From Bacteroidota bacterium (GTDB lineage Bacteria > Bacteroidota > Bacteroidia > NS11-12g > UBA955), in assembly GCA_030832905.1 (NCBI GenBank), contig JAURIG010000003.1, positions 1-50,157 on the forward strand: 50,157 nucleotides of DNA. The letters are read 5' to 3'. The notes below the pieces were generated by a model, which did not search any database, had not been told where the DNA came from, and worked only from the letters and a program-made list of their open reading frames with translations. The stretch's first letter is position 1, and each line of letters opens with the position of its first letter. Positions 10,164-20,839 of this stretch are shown one piece after another. The position numbers and the translations under genes are program-made.

Positions 10164-11836
10164 TGCCCATCTTAGACAATAAAGACATTGCCAATTTACT
10201 CAACGAGTACAGCCAATTGTATGAGCTGCATAACGGCAATCCATTTAAAGTCAAATCTATTGCGGCGGCGGCCTTCAACATCAAAAAAATACATGAGCCA
10301 TTGACAGAAATGTCTTTAGAAACGCTCAGCTCTCATCCTCAGATTGGCAAATCCATGGGACCAAAAATCCATGAATTGATTCAAACTGGCCACCTCGCAG
10401 AACTAGACGAACTGATTGCACAAACCCCAGAAGGCGTTAGAGCGATCTTAAGCATCAAAGGTTTAGGCCCTAAAAAAGTTGAAACACTTTGGCGCAATTA
10501 TAATATTTGCAGCATTGCTGATTTACTCGACGCTTGTCGCGAAAACCGTTTAGTTGAAATCAAAGGTTTTGGTTATAAAACACAAGCTCAAATTCAAAGC
10601 AATATTGAATTTAAATTCAACAACGAAGGCAAATTCCACTGGGCTAAACTCCAAGGATTGGTTACCTTTTTAAACGAAGTCTTCGAACACAGCACGCTGG
10701 TTCATCAATACCAAGTTGCAGGCGATTACCGCCGATTAAACGACATTGTTGAAACGCTTGAATACGTGGTTGAATGTAAAGATGGCAAAGCGCTGCTTGA
10801 ACAAATTTGTAGCTCTGAAAACTTTAAAGCTGAATCGGAAAACTCCTCAAGCATTAGCTGTTGGTATATCGACTCTGTTAAAGTCCTCATTCACCTTTCA
10901 GACCGAACACATTTTGCTTACGATTGCATCAAGCACAGTGCCACTGAAGCCCATTTAAATCTAATCCATTTTGAGAAGGCCGAAACCGCAGAAAACGAAA
11001 CGGCCGTATATGCCTCATTAAACCTTCCCTACATTATCCCTGAATGGCGCGAAGGCATAAAGGAATTAGAAAAACTTGAGCTGCAAGACGAGTTGATAAA
11101 AGTGGCTGATTTAAAAGGTTGTATTCACAACCATAGCACCTACAGCGACGGCATTCATACTTTAGAAGAAATGGCGGTATATGCTCAGCATATGGGGCTT
11201 GAATATTTAGCCATTTGCGACCATTCTCAAACGGCTGCTTATGCAGGTGGTCTTAGACCTGAAAAGGTGCTAGAGCAATGGCAAGAAATAGATAAGCTCA
11301 ACCAAAAACTAAGCCCCTTTAGAATTCTAAGAGGGATAGAAAGTGACATCTTAAACGATGGTCAATTAGACTATAACGACGACCTATTAAAACTTTTTGA
11401 TATTGTTGTGGCCAGCGTCCACAGTCCTTTATCAATGAGCCTTGAAAAAGCCAATGCCAGATTAAGCAAAGCCATTGAAAACCCTTACACAGATATTTTA
11501 GGACATCCTACCGGAAGGCTATTGCTCTTGCGCAGTGGTTACCCAATTGATCATGCCTACATCATTGACGCCTGTGTGGCCAATCAAGTTGTAATAGAAT
11601 TGAATGCTCACCCCTACCGCCTTGATTTAGATTGGCGATGGATAGATTACGCCATAAACAAAGGGGCGTTGATCAGCATCAACCCCGATGCCCATCAAAA
11701 AGAGGGCATGAATGACATGGTATATGGGGTTCAAGTGGCGCGCAAAGGCTATCTAACACCAAAGCATTGTTTGAATGCTATGGACTTGAATCAGCTATTA
11801 ACATTTTTAAGCCAAAAAAGACAACGCAGAGCATGA
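10163..11836 (+). CDS. polX: PolX-family DNA polymerase/PHP 3'-5' exonuclease fusion (non-canonical polymerase site)
   Basis: N-terminal NPFKVKS and HhH motifs (IKGLGPKK, IKGFGYK). PHP motifs HNHSTYSDG, DHS, HPTGR, NPDAH. Confidence 0.88.
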   Translation: MPILDNKDIANLLNEYSQLYELHNGNPFKVKSIAAAAFNIKKIHEPLTEMSLETLSSHPQIGKSMGPKIHELIQTGHLAELDELIAQTPEGVRAILSIKGLGPKKVETLWRNYNICSIADLLDACRENRLVEIKGFGYKTQAQIQSNIEFKFNNEGKFHWAKLQGLVTFLNEVFEHSTLVHQYQVAGDYRRLNDIVETLEYVVECKDGKALLEQICSSENFKAESENSSSISCWYIDSVKVLIHLSDRTHFAYDCIKHSATEAHLNLIHFEKAETAENETAVYASLNLPYIIPEWREGIKELEKLELQDELIKVADLKGCIHNHSTYSDGIHTLEEMAVYAQHMGLEYLAICDHSQTAAYAGGLRPEKVLEQWQEIDKLNQKLSPFRILRGIESDILNDGQLDYNDDLLKLFDIVVASVHSPLSMSLEKANARLSKAIENPYTDILGHPTGRLLLLRSGYPIDHAYIIDACVANQVVIELNAHPYRLDLDWRWIDYAINKGALISINPDAHQKEGMNDMVYGVQVARKGYLTPKHCLNAMDLNQLLTFLSQKRQRRA

Positions 11837-12783
11837 AGATTTTGGTGTTAAGATTTAGTTCCATTGGCGACATTGTATTATGCTCTCCTGTTGTACGCTT
11901 ATTAAAAACTGCTCAGGCTGATACCATTGTTCACTTTGCCACTAAAGCCAACTACGCTGCATTACTCAACAACAGCCCCTACATTGATGCCGTTAAGTTA
12001 CTTGACAACAACGAGGCCGCATTTATACAATCGCTAAAAGCTGAAAACTATGATTTAATCATAGACCTTCACCACAATTTAAGGACCTTAAAAATCAAAT
12101 GGGCGCTGGGTGTCAAAGCTTATTCATTCAATAAAATAAACTGGGCAAAATGGCTCATGGTGAATTTCAAAATCAACCGTTTACCCCAACAACATATTGT
12201 TGATCGTTACATAGCAACGCTTAAACCTTTAGGCATTGTTAACGATGGTAAAGGCTTAGATTTTTTCATTCCTGAACAAACGGATATTAGTCAACTCCAT
12301 TTACCAAATCAGTACACCGTATATGCTTTGGGCGGCCAACACGCCACCAAACAATTGCCTTTGAACAAACAAATAGAATGGCTCAACAAACACCCTGAAC
12401 CTATTGTATTAATTGGCGGCAAAGAAGACTTAGCTGCGGCTGAAGCTTTGCGCAATACCTGCTCAACAAGCAAGACCATTGTGAATGTATGTGGTCAAGT
12501 CAATTTGATGCAAAGTGCTAAAATCATAGCAATGGCAGATTTGGTATTAAGCCATGATACCGGCATGATGCACATTGCCGCTGCCCTAAAAAAACCTATT
12601 CACAGCGTTTGGGGCAATACCATTCCAGCCTTTGGCATGACACCTTACTACCCAGAAGGTTCTGAGATTCATCAAAAACAATTTGAAGTGGCCAATTTAG
12701 CCTGCAGACCCTGTTCTAAAATCGGTTTTGCTGCTTGCCCTAAGAAACATTTCAATTGCATGAACATGCAAACTTTTGAATAA
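11833..12783 (+). CDS. Glycosyltransferase family 9 (heptosyltransferase-like)
   Basis: MKILVLRFSSIGDIVL, IIDLH, HDTGMMHIAAA, CRPCSKIG...CP. ATGA overlap with the polX stop. Confidence 0.9.
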   Translation: MKILVLRFSSIGDIVLCSPVVRLLKTAQADTIVHFATKANYAALLNNSPYIDAVKLLDNNEAAFIQSLKAENYDLIIDLHHNLRTLKIKWALGVKAYSFNKINWAKWLMVNFKINRLPQQHIVDRYIATLKPLGIVNDGKGLDFFIPEQTDISQLHLPNQYTVYALGGQHATKQLPLNKQIEWLNKHPEPIVLIGGKEDLAAAEALRNTCSTSKTIVNVCGQVNLMQSAKIIAMADLVLSHDTGMMHIAAALKKPIHSVWGNTIPAFGMTPYYPEGSEIHQKQFEVANLACRPCSKIGFAACPKKHFNCMNMQTFE

Positions 12784-12811
12784 AAAAATCCGCTCTTTTC
12801 AGAACGGATTT
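12782..12811 (-). terminator. Intrinsic terminator between the convergent GT9 gene and fumC
   Basis: Minus strand AATCCGTTCT-GAAA-AGAGCGGATT followed by a T run. Confidence 0.75.
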
Positions 12812-12833
12812 CATTATTGAATAATCAAAAAAC

Positions 12834-14249
12834 TTAAGCCAATGGTTGGATATCGCCTACCATGTCTTCAGGTTTCACCCAAGCATCAAATTGCTCATTG
12901 GTCAATAGCCCTAGATCTAGCGCAGCTTGTCTTAAACTGGTGTTTTCTTTGTGTGCTTTCTTTGCAATTTTAGCAGCGTTTTCATAACCAATATGAGTAT
13001 TTAAAGCGGTCACTAACATCAAAGAATTTTCTAATTTATTTTTGATCTCTGGCAAATTAGGTTCTATGCCTGCTGCGCAATTCACATCAAAACTCAAGGA
13101 AGCTTCACCTATTAATCTAGCAGATTGCAATACGTTGGCAGCAATCATTGGCTTGAACACATTCAATTCAAAATGACCATTAGAACCACCAATGGTAACC
13201 GCAACATCATTGCCCATAACTTGAGCGCATACCATGGTTAAAGCCTCACATTGAGTAGGATTTACTTTACCCGGCATAATGCTACTACCTGGCTCATTGT
13301 CAGGAATTAAAATTTCACCAATACCACTTCTTGGTCCTGAACTTAACATACGGATGTCATTAGCGATTTTCATCAAACTAACCGCCACACGTTTTAAGGC
13401 AGAATGCAATTCAACCATGGCATCGTGAGCAGCCAAGGCCTCAAATTTATTTTCAGCGGTAACAATTGGCAAACCAGATAATTCTGCAATGGTTTTAGCC
13501 ACCAACTCTGAATAACCTTTTGGCGTGTTGATACCAGTCCCTACTGCAGTACCTCCTAAAGCGATTTCGCTGGCAGGCACTAATGCACGGTTAATACAAT
13601 CGATACCATTTTTCAACTGTTGTACATAGCCTGAAAATTCTTGCCCTAAGGTTACAGGTGTGGCATCCATAAAGTGGGTTCTACCAATTTTAATGATGCT
13701 CATAAAGTCTCTTGACTTGTGCTTTAAAGTGGTTTTTAAAGCTTGTAAACCAGGGATGGTATAGTCTATCACTTGCTTATAAGACGCAATGCTCATAGCC
13801 GTTGGGAAAGTGTCATTACTTGATTGTGATTTATTGACATCATCATTGGGATGCAGCACCTTCACTTCGTCTAAAAGCGAACCGCCTTGCATCACATGTG
13901 CTCTATTGGCAATCACTTCATTGACGTTCATGTTACTTTGAGTACCACTACCAGTTTGCCAAATCACCAATGGAAATTGATCGTCTAATTTACCTTCTAA
14001 AATTTCATCGCAAACTGAACAAATCAAATCGCATTTGGTTAAAGACAATACCCCCAATTTGTTATTGGTAATGGCTGCAGCCTTTTTAAGGATAGCAAAT
14101 GCTCTAATGATCTCAATTGGCATTTTTTGATTGCCAATTTTAAAATTTTGAAGTGAGCGTTGGGTCTGAGCACCCCAATAAACATTGGCTGGCACTTTCA
14201 CTTCACCCATGGTGTCGCGTTCGATTCTGAATTCTTGTGCGGTTTGCAT
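12834..14249 (-). CDS. fumC: Class II fumarate hydratase
   Basis: [35 protein letters not shown] signature. Likely ATG at 14249. Confidence 0.96.
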   Translation of the reverse strand: MQTAQEFRIERDTMGEVKVPANVYWGAQTQRSLQNFKIGNQKMPIEIIRAFAILKKAAAITNNKLGVLSLTKCDLICSVCDEILEGKLDDQFPLVIWQTGSGTQSNMNVNEVIANRAHVMQGGSLLDEVKVLHPNDDVNKSQSSNDTFPTAMSIASYKQVIDYTIPGLQALKTTLKHKSRDFMSIIKIGRTHFMDATPVTLGQEFSGYVQQLKNGIDCINRALVPASEIALGGTAVGTGINTPKGYSELVAKTIAELSGLPIVTAENKFEALAAHDAMVELHSALKRVAVSLMKIANDIRMLSSGPRSGIGEILIPDNEPGSSIMPGKVNPTQCEALTMVCAQVMGNDVAVTIGGSNGHFELNVFKPMIAANVLQSARLIGEASLSFDVNCAAGIEPNLPEIKNKLENSLMLVTALNTHIGYENAAKIAKKAHKENTSLRQAALDLGLLTNEQFDAWVKPEDMVGDIQPLA

Positions 14250-14368
14250 AATTGAAAAATATGCTGCGAATTTATAGAATTCTAGACTAAAAACCACTGC
14301 AAACTGAGCAAGATTATAAATCATCTCTGCCTCGATTTCATCAGTTTTTTTGATTATGTTTGCGAAAG

Positions 14369-16399
14369 ATGATCGCATTCCAACAAGCTTCGGTATTATG
14401 GGCATTGTGGCTGTTGGCCATACCAATCGTCATTCATCTATTCAATTTCAGGCGTTACAAAAAAATCATCTTCACCAAGGTTGATTTTTTAACGCAAATC
14501 GAACAAAGTAGCCAAACAGGCAATGTGCTCAAAAAACGACTGATCTTATTGAGTCGCTTATTGGCTTTGTCTGCCTTAATTTTGGCCTTTGCTCAACCCT
14601 ATATCCCGCTTAAATCAGTCAATCCGCGCAAAGGACAAACAAGCGTATCAATTGTTTTAGACAACAGCTACAGCATGAACCTCCCTGGCACTGAAGGACC
14701 ATTGCTTGAAGCGGCCAAAAACAGAGCAAGAGCAATTGTAAACGCTTCTGACCGCTCAAGTCAATTCAACATTATAACCGCAGATTTGAATGCTGAGTAT
14801 TTACATTTTACCAATCAAGCGACATGCTTACAATGGATAGATGCCATTAAAATCACCGAAAACAGTTTTCCCCAAAAGCAACTGTTATCTGTTCAAGCCA
14901 ACAGTTTAAAACCTTATGGCAACAATGGTGTAGCCTATTGTATTTCTGACTTTCAAAGCGCTCAAACTCAAAACCTAATGGCTACTGAGTCGAGCATTTG
15001 GATAAAAGTAAACGGCAGTAATAGCAGCAATTTCGCCATAGACACTGTGGCTTTGAGCAATCCAATCATTCAGGCCAATCAGGCCATTGAACTGACTATA
15101 GGGGTAAGCAATTACAGCAATGAGAACAGTCAAGATTTACCTATCGAACTATGGGTAGATGGCAAACCCAAAGGCGTAGCAAGCGCCACAGTGAATCGTT
15201 TTGCCAAAGCCAATACCAACTTACAATTTGTAGTTGAAACGGGTGGTATTCACTACTGCGAACTCAGATTACCTGGCGACCAAATGCCCACAGACGACCG
15301 TTTGTATTTTACGCTAAACCTAAACCAAACCTACAGTGTAGCGAGTATAGAACAAAGCAACTCCCCTAATAATATCAGAGCCCTGTTTTCAAACAACCCT
15401 GGCTTTGATTTTAAAGTATATTCCAGCAACAGCATCCCTTATCAATCTTTTGCTGACCACGACTTGATCCTACTCAATCAATTGGACAAAATCGAAACAG
15501 GCTTTTTATCTGAATTGCTTCGATATATGGGGTCAGGGGGTTCTATTATGGTTTTTCCTCAGCCCAATCAACCTTTCGGCGGCTATAAAGCCTTATTGAA
15601 CAGCCTCGGATCAGATGTCAAAGAGGCAGCTGTCATCAATCCGCAATTGACCCTAGACATTGCTAAAGAGCATCCATTGTTTCAAGGCATATTCAATCAA
15701 AACACACAAAGTAAGCAATGGCCTCAAGTGCAACGTTATTTCGCTTTCAACAGCCAAGCTGCCAGACCAATATTACAACTCTCAGACAAGACCGTTGTAT
15801 TCGCTGATTTCAAACAAGGCAAAGGCCATTGTTATGTATCTGCTCTTCCACTAGACAATAGCTTTAGCGAGCTCCCTAACCATGCCCTCATAGTACCCAT
15901 TTGTTTGAGAGCCGCCATGTTAGCGGCCTATCAATTGCCACTATATTACCAATGCAATACTTTGTCTAATATCGAAACAGGACTGCCTTTTCAAGCCGAG
16001 CAATCTCTCATTTTACAACATCCCAATTACCAAATGATGCCTGAAGTTATTAACAACAACGGGCAATTGTGTCTGAATACCAATGGCGAAATCAAAACAG
16101 CAGGCAGCTACAATTTAAGCACCAAACAAGCCGACACCAAGCTTATGGCTTTGGCCTTTAACTTTGACCGAAGCGAAAGCGACACAAGAGCTTTGAGCGA
16201 TCAAGCCTTTGATGAGCTGACTGAGCGACTTGGTGTAAAATCTTATTTGGGCAGTGCAGAGGCTTTACAAGCTCAGCTTTCAAAACTTGAAAATGGCAAA
16301 CCATTGTGGAAATGGTTAATACTTTTTTCTTTGTTATGTCTGTTGATTGAAATACTTTTGATAAGATTTTTCAAAAACCATGTCAAGCTTTCTGCTTAA
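14369..16399 (+). CDS. BatA/vWA-domain membrane protein
   Basis: N-terminal [16 protein letters not shown]...LAFAQP (BatA double TM), vWA MIDAS-like DNSYSM, C-terminal LWKW TM. TATGTTTG box at 14355-14362. Confidence 0.85.
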   Translation: MIAFQQASVLWALWLLAIPIVIHLFNFRRYKKIIFTKVDFLTQIEQSSQTGNVLKKRLILLSRLLALSALILAFAQPYIPLKSVNPRKGQTSVSIVLDNSYSMNLPGTEGPLLEAAKNRARAIVNASDRSSQFNIITADLNAEYLHFTNQATCLQWIDAIKITENSFPQKQLLSVQANSLKPYGNNGVAYCISDFQSAQTQNLMATESSIWIKVNGSNSSNFAIDTVALSNPIIQANQAIELTIGVSNYSNENSQDLPIELWVDGKPKGVASATVNRFAKANTNLQFVVETGGIHYCELRLPGDQMPTDDRLYFTLNLNQTYSVASIEQSNSPNNIRALFSNNPGFDFKVYSSNSIPYQSFADHDLILLNQLDKIETGFLSELLRYMGSGGSIMVFPQPNQPFGGYKALLNSLGSDVKEAAVINPQLTLDIAKEHPLFQGIFNQNTQSKQWPQVQRYFAFNSQAARPILQLSDKTVVFADFKQGKGHCYVSALPLDNSFSELPNHALIVPICLRAAMLAAYQLPLYYQCNTLSNIETGLPFQAEQSLILQHPNYQMMPEVINNNGQLCLNTNGEIKTAGSYNLSTKQADTKLMALAFNFDRSESDTRALSDQAFDELTERLGVKSYLGSAEALQAQLSKLENGKPLWKWLILFSLLCLLIEILLIRFFKNHVKLSA

Positions 16400-17669
16400 G
16401 AATATACAAATCAACGATCTCAATTCTAGCCTTCATGGCCAACTAGGCGACTTAGGTGTTCAAGATGGCGTCATTAAAGCCTTTGGCATTGATGTTAACG
16501 AAGCTGAATACCAACACATCATTGAATTCAGTGGTTGTTATTTAAGCCCAGCTTTTGTTGACCTTAGATGCAACAGCTCAGATCCTGGCTATGAATACAG
16601 GGAAACCAATCAAACTTTAGCGTCTTCAGCATTTGCCGGAGGTTTTAGCCAAGTGGCTGTATTACCCAACAGCTTACCTTGTAGACAAAGCAAAGGCGAC
16701 ATTGAAAACTTAAAACACCAAAGTCAACATTTACCAGTTCAATTATTGCCAATAGGGGCCATCTGCACTGATCTTAAGTCAGATGATTTAACGGAGATGT
16801 ATGACATGAAACAACATGGAGCAGTTGCCTTTTCAAATGCCAACTATGCCATAGCCAATATTGGTACTATGAGCAGAGCCTTACAATACAGCAAAACCTT
16901 TGATGGCCTATTGTACAGCTTTTGCCAAGAAACCGATTTAACTCAGGGCGCTTATGTGGCTGAAGGCCCAATCGCTGTTAGCTTAGGCTTAAAGGGCATG
17001 CCTCAAATGTCTGAGTACTTAATGGTACAGCGCGACATCGAGCTTGCAGATTACCACCAATGCAAATTGCATTTTTCTAAAATCAGCACTGAAAAATCAG
17101 TTGAATTGATCAGACAAGCCAAAGCTCAAGGCATTGCCGTTACGTGTGATGTTGCGGTTATGAATTTAGCCTTAACAGACGAAACCATTATGGATTTTGA
17201 TAGCCATTTAAAACTCAACCCGCCTTTGCGTCAAGCCAATGATGTAAAAGCCTTATGGGAAGGTTTACGCGATGGCACCATTGATGCCATTTGCAGCGAT
17301 CACCATCCACAAGACATAGAACGCAAACAATTGGAATTTGAATATGCTGCGTTTGGCGCCATCAGCATTCAGATAGCCTATTCAATTGCCGTTGAAGGCC
17401 GCAACAGATTTTGCCCTCAACTCAGCGATGATGTATTGTTGAGCAAATTCAATCAAGGCCCAAGAGCAGTTTTAGGCTTAAGCCCTTGCACGATTGCAGA
17501 AGGTCAAAAAGCTGAGTTCACCATCATCAACCCTCAGCACCAAACCATTTTGACCCGCCGCAACAACCGTTCTAAATCAGAAAATACTTACTACATGGAT
17601 AAGCCACTGCCAAATTTCATTGAGGCAACGTTTAATGGGCTGCACCATGTCTTTAACAAAAACAACTAA
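16380..17669 (+). CDS. Dihydroorotase-like protein (PyrC'-type, metal ligands altered)
   Basis: PAFVDL, AFAGGF, KLNPPLR, IDAICSDHHP. The first HxH motif reads RCN. Confidence 0.8.
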   Translation: MSSFLLKNIQINDLNSSLHGQLGDLGVQDGVIKAFGIDVNEAEYQHIIEFSGCYLSPAFVDLRCNSSDPGYEYRETNQTLASSAFAGGFSQVAVLPNSLPCRQSKGDIENLKHQSQHLPVQLLPIGAICTDLKSDDLTEMYDMKQHGAVAFSNANYAIANIGTMSRALQYSKTFDGLLYSFCQETDLTQGAYVAEGPIAVSLGLKGMPQMSEYLMVQRDIELADYHQCKLHFSKISTEKSVELIRQAKAQGIAVTCDVAVMNLALTDETIMDFDSHLKLNPPLRQANDVKALWEGLRDGTIDAICSDHHPQDIERKQLEFEYAAFGAISIQIAYSIAVEGRNRFCPQLSDDVLLSKFNQGPRAVLGLSPCTIAEGQKAEFTIINPQHQTILTRRNNRSKSENTYYMDKPLPNFIEATFNGLHHVFNKNN

Positions 17670-17670
17670 C

Positions 17671-18633
17671 ATGCTTGATTTATCAATTGTCATTCCTTTA
17701 TTGAACGAAAACGAATCTTTGCCAGAATTGGAAGCATGGATTGTTAAGGTCATGAATGCCCATTCATACAGTTACGAAATCGTATTTGTAGATGACGGCA
17801 GCACAGACAACAGCTGGGAAGTGATTCAAACACTATCGGCTAAAAACCCAAACATAAGAGCCATTCGTTTTAGACGCAACTTTGGCAAATCTGCCGCCTT
17901 AAATATTGGCTTTGCAGAAGTTAAAGGCAAAGTGGTCATTACAATGGATGCCGACTTGCAAGACAGCCCTGATGAAATCCCTGGCCTTTACCAGAAAATC
18001 AAGACCGAGGGCTACGATGTGGTGTCTGGTTGGAAGAAGAAACGCTACGACCCCATCACCAAAACCTTACCGACAAAATTATTCAATTGGGCCACACGCA
18101 AAATGAGTGGCATCTATTTACACGATTTCAATTGTGGCTTAAAAGCTTATAGTCACGCAGTGGTTAAGAACATTGAAGTATATGGCGAAATGCACAGATA
18201 CATTCCGGTGATTGCCAAATCTGCGGGCTTCAAAAAAATTGGCGAACAAGTGGTTGAACACCGTGCACGCAAATACGGCACTACCAAATTTGGTCTTAAC
18301 CGTTTTGTGAATGGCTTACTGGATTTAATGTCGATATTCTTCATGGGCAAATTCGGCAAAAAACCAATGCACTTTTTCGGTTTGTACGGCCTAATTAGTT
18401 TTATCTTAGGCTTTAGCATTGCGATGTATATGTTGGTTGACAAACTCATACACATCATTCAACATGAACGCGCACCATTGGTAGCTGAATCGCCTTTGTT
18501 TTATTTGGGTTTAGTCAGTATGATCATTGGTACTCAACTTTTTTTAGCTGGCTTTTTGGGCGAATTAATCAGTCGTTCGAGTGGAGACCGCAACCAATAC
18601 GCCATAGCTGAAACCATTGGCATCGATGCATAA
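17671..18633 (+). CDS. GT2 polyprenyl-phosphate glycosyltransferase (ArnC/DPM-like)
   Basis: VDDGSTD, RNFGKSAAL, TMDADLQD, HDFNCGLKAY, YGEMHRYIP, two C-terminal TM helices. Confidence 0.9.
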   Translation: MLDLSIVIPLLNENESLPELEAWIVKVMNAHSYSYEIVFVDDGSTDNSWEVIQTLSAKNPNIRAIRFRRNFGKSAALNIGFAEVKGKVVITMDADLQDSPDEIPGLYQKIKTEGYDVVSGWKKKRYDPITKTLPTKLFNWATRKMSGIYLHDFNCGLKAYSHAVVKNIEVYGEMHRYIPVIAKSAGFKKIGEQVVEHRARKYGTTKFGLNRFVNGLLDLMSIFFMGKFGKKPMHFFGLYGLISFILGFSIAMYMLVDKLIHIIQHERAPLVAESPLFYLGLVSMIIGTQLFLAGFLGELISRSSGDRNQYAIAETIGIDA

Positions 18634-19747
18634 GAAAGTGGTTATAGTGGGCCCTGCCTACCCGCTCAGAGGAGGCTTAAGCACATACAACGAACGCTTG
18701 TGCAAAGGCTTATTAGACCAAGGCCATCAAGCCTCCATATTAAGTTTCTCTTTACAATATCCGAACATCTTGTTTCCGGGTAAAACCCAATACAGCACAG
18801 AGGCTGCCCCAGATGGTTTAGCCATTCATACCGGCATCAATTCTATTAATCCTTTGAATTGGATCAAGATTGGGCAGCACTACAAAAAGGTCAAGCCTGA
18901 TGTAATGGTCTTCAGGTATTGGATGCCTTTTATGGCGCCATGCTTGGGCACTATTGCCAGAATAGTTAAACGCAACGGCCATACAAAAGTCATGGCGATT
19001 GCAGATAACATTTACCCGCACGAAAAACATTTTTACGATCAAATTTGCACCAATTATTTCGTCAACAGCATGGATGCATTTATCACCATGAGCCAGTCTG
19101 TATTAAACGATTTAAAAACTTTGGTGCCGCAAAAACCATCTCAGTACATTGCACATCCAATGTATGATAATTTTGGGGCCTTAATGGATAAAACGGCCGC
19201 CATTAAAGCGCTTGGATTAGACCCTCAATTCAAGTACTTATTATTCTTTGGCTTCATCAGAAAATACAAAGGTTTAGACTTATTATTAAGCAGCTTTGCT
19301 GAAAGTCAATTGGCTCAGAAAGGGGTCAAATTGATCATTGCTGGTGAATACTACGAAGACCCTCAAGCAACTAAAGACCTCATAAAAACTTTGCAACTAA
19401 CGGAAGCCGTTATTGAACGCAATGACTTTATTCCCAATGCAGAAGTGGCTACTTATTTTTCAGCAGCAGACATGGTGGTGCAAACCTATTTGAGCGCGAC
19501 CCAAAGCGGCGTGACTCAAATTGCTTATCACTTTAATAAACCCATGCTGGTAACCAATGTGGGTGGGCTGGCTGAAACAGTGCCTCATAATAAAGTAGGC
19601 TATGTGTGTGAGCAAGACACCACAAGCATTGCCGCTGCCTTGAATGACTTCTACGACAACAATCGTGGCGAAGCCATGAGCCAAGCGGCCAATGATTTCA
19701 AAAAAGCATTTAGTTGGGATACCATTATCAACGCCATTACCGCCTAA
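18626..19747 (+). CDS. GT4 family glycosyltransferase
   Basis: GPAYPLRGG, LFFGFIRKYKGLD, SATQSGV, VTNVGGLAE. Confidence 0.9.
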   Translation: MHKKVVIVGPAYPLRGGLSTYNERLCKGLLDQGHQASILSFSLQYPNILFPGKTQYSTEAAPDGLAIHTGINSINPLNWIKIGQHYKKVKPDVMVFRYWMPFMAPCLGTIARIVKRNGHTKVMAIADNIYPHEKHFYDQICTNYFVNSMDAFITMSQSVLNDLKTLVPQKPSQYIAHPMYDNFGALMDKTAAIKALGLDPQFKYLLFFGFIRKYKGLDLLLSSFAESQLAQKGVKLIIAGEYYEDPQATKDLIKTLQLTEAVIERNDFIPNAEVATYFSAADMVVQTYLSATQSGVTQIAYHFNKPMLVTNVGGLAETVPHNKVGYVCEQDTTSIAAALNDFYDNNRGEAMSQAANDFKKAFSWDTIINAITA

Positions 19748-20839
19748 TTACTTTTGGGCCTTCTTGTAAAGGTATAAGGCCACTAACAAGAAAATAAGGT
19801 TGGGAATCCATACGGCTATCATCGGATAGATTTTACCAGTTGTGCCATAGGTGTTGAAATACTGGATTAAAAACAAATAGAGGAAACTAATAAATATCCC
19901 TATGCCTAAATTAAGGCCTACCCCACCCCTTGATTTTTTGCTCGACACACAAACACCAATTACGGTTAAGATAAAGGTTGAAAAAGGCGCTGAAAATCGG
20001 CGGTATTTATCTGTGATGTAATAATCTAAGTGGTCATTCCCTTTTACTTTTTCCTCAGCAATAAAGGCATTCAACTCAAACAAATCAAAGGATTGAACGT
20101 CGTCTATGCGCCTAAAGAAGTCATCAGGGTTAAAAGGGATCATTGAATCTAAGAATTTACCTCTAGTAATAACTTGACTGCCATCTGCTTTGTAGTCTCT
20201 TATCAGATAATCCTCTAAGCGCCATTTATCGGTTTTATGGTTCCAAGTAATGCGCCTAGCAAATAATTTACTTTGCAATTTGTGTTGCTTGTATTGTTCC
20301 AAAGACACCCCTTCACCTATGCTGTCTGCCTTGCCAAAATACTCCACATAAAAATACATTTCAGGTCGAATTTGGGTATGCACATTATTGGTATAATCAT
20401 CGTTGGTGTTTCGAATGTATTGGTTTTCAAATTCTAATCGCTTCTTATCTGAATGCGGAATAATGAAACCGTTTAAAAAGAAAGACAAAACCGACAAAAG
20501 ACCTGCGGTAATGACATAGGGCCTTAGAAAGCGTTTGTAACTCACACCGGCAGATAAAGTGGCCACAATCTCGCTGCGAGAAGCCAATTTAGAGGTAAAA
20601 AATATAACCGATATAAAAATAAATACCGGACTAAACAGATTTAAAAAGAAAGGCACATAATTGAAATAGTACTTGAAAATGATTTCAGACATCGGAGCTT
20701 CTTTTTGTAAGAAATCATCGAGTTTTTCTGAAATGTCAAATACAATAATGATGATGATGAATAGGCTTAAGGTCACCACAAAAGTGGTTAAAAACTTTTT
20801 GATGATATACCAATCAAATGTTTTTAAAAACCGCATCAT
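19748..20839 (-). CDS. LptF/LptG family LPS export permease
   Basis: FDWYIIKKFL start, SEIVA..SAGVS..R motif, periplasmic domain, C-terminal AVWIPN. Confidence 0.88.
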   Translation of the reverse strand: MMRFLKTFDWYIIKKFLTTFVVTLSLFIIIIIVFDISEKLDDFLQKEAPMSEIIFKYYFNYVPFFLNLFSPVFIFISVIFFTSKLASRSEIVATLSAGVSYKRFLRPYVITAGLLSVLSFFLNGFIIPHSDKKRLEFENQYIRNTNDDYTNNVHTQIRPEMYFYVEYFGKADSIGEGVSLEQYKQHKLQSKLFARRITWNHKTDKWRLEDYLIRDYKADGSQVITRGKFLDSMIPFNPDDFFRRIDDVQSFDLFELNAFIAEEKVKGNDHLDYYITDKYRRFSAPFSTFILTVIGVCVSSKKSRGGVGLNLGIGIFISFLYLFLIQYFNTYGTTGKIYPMIAVWIPNLIFLLVALYLYKKAQK

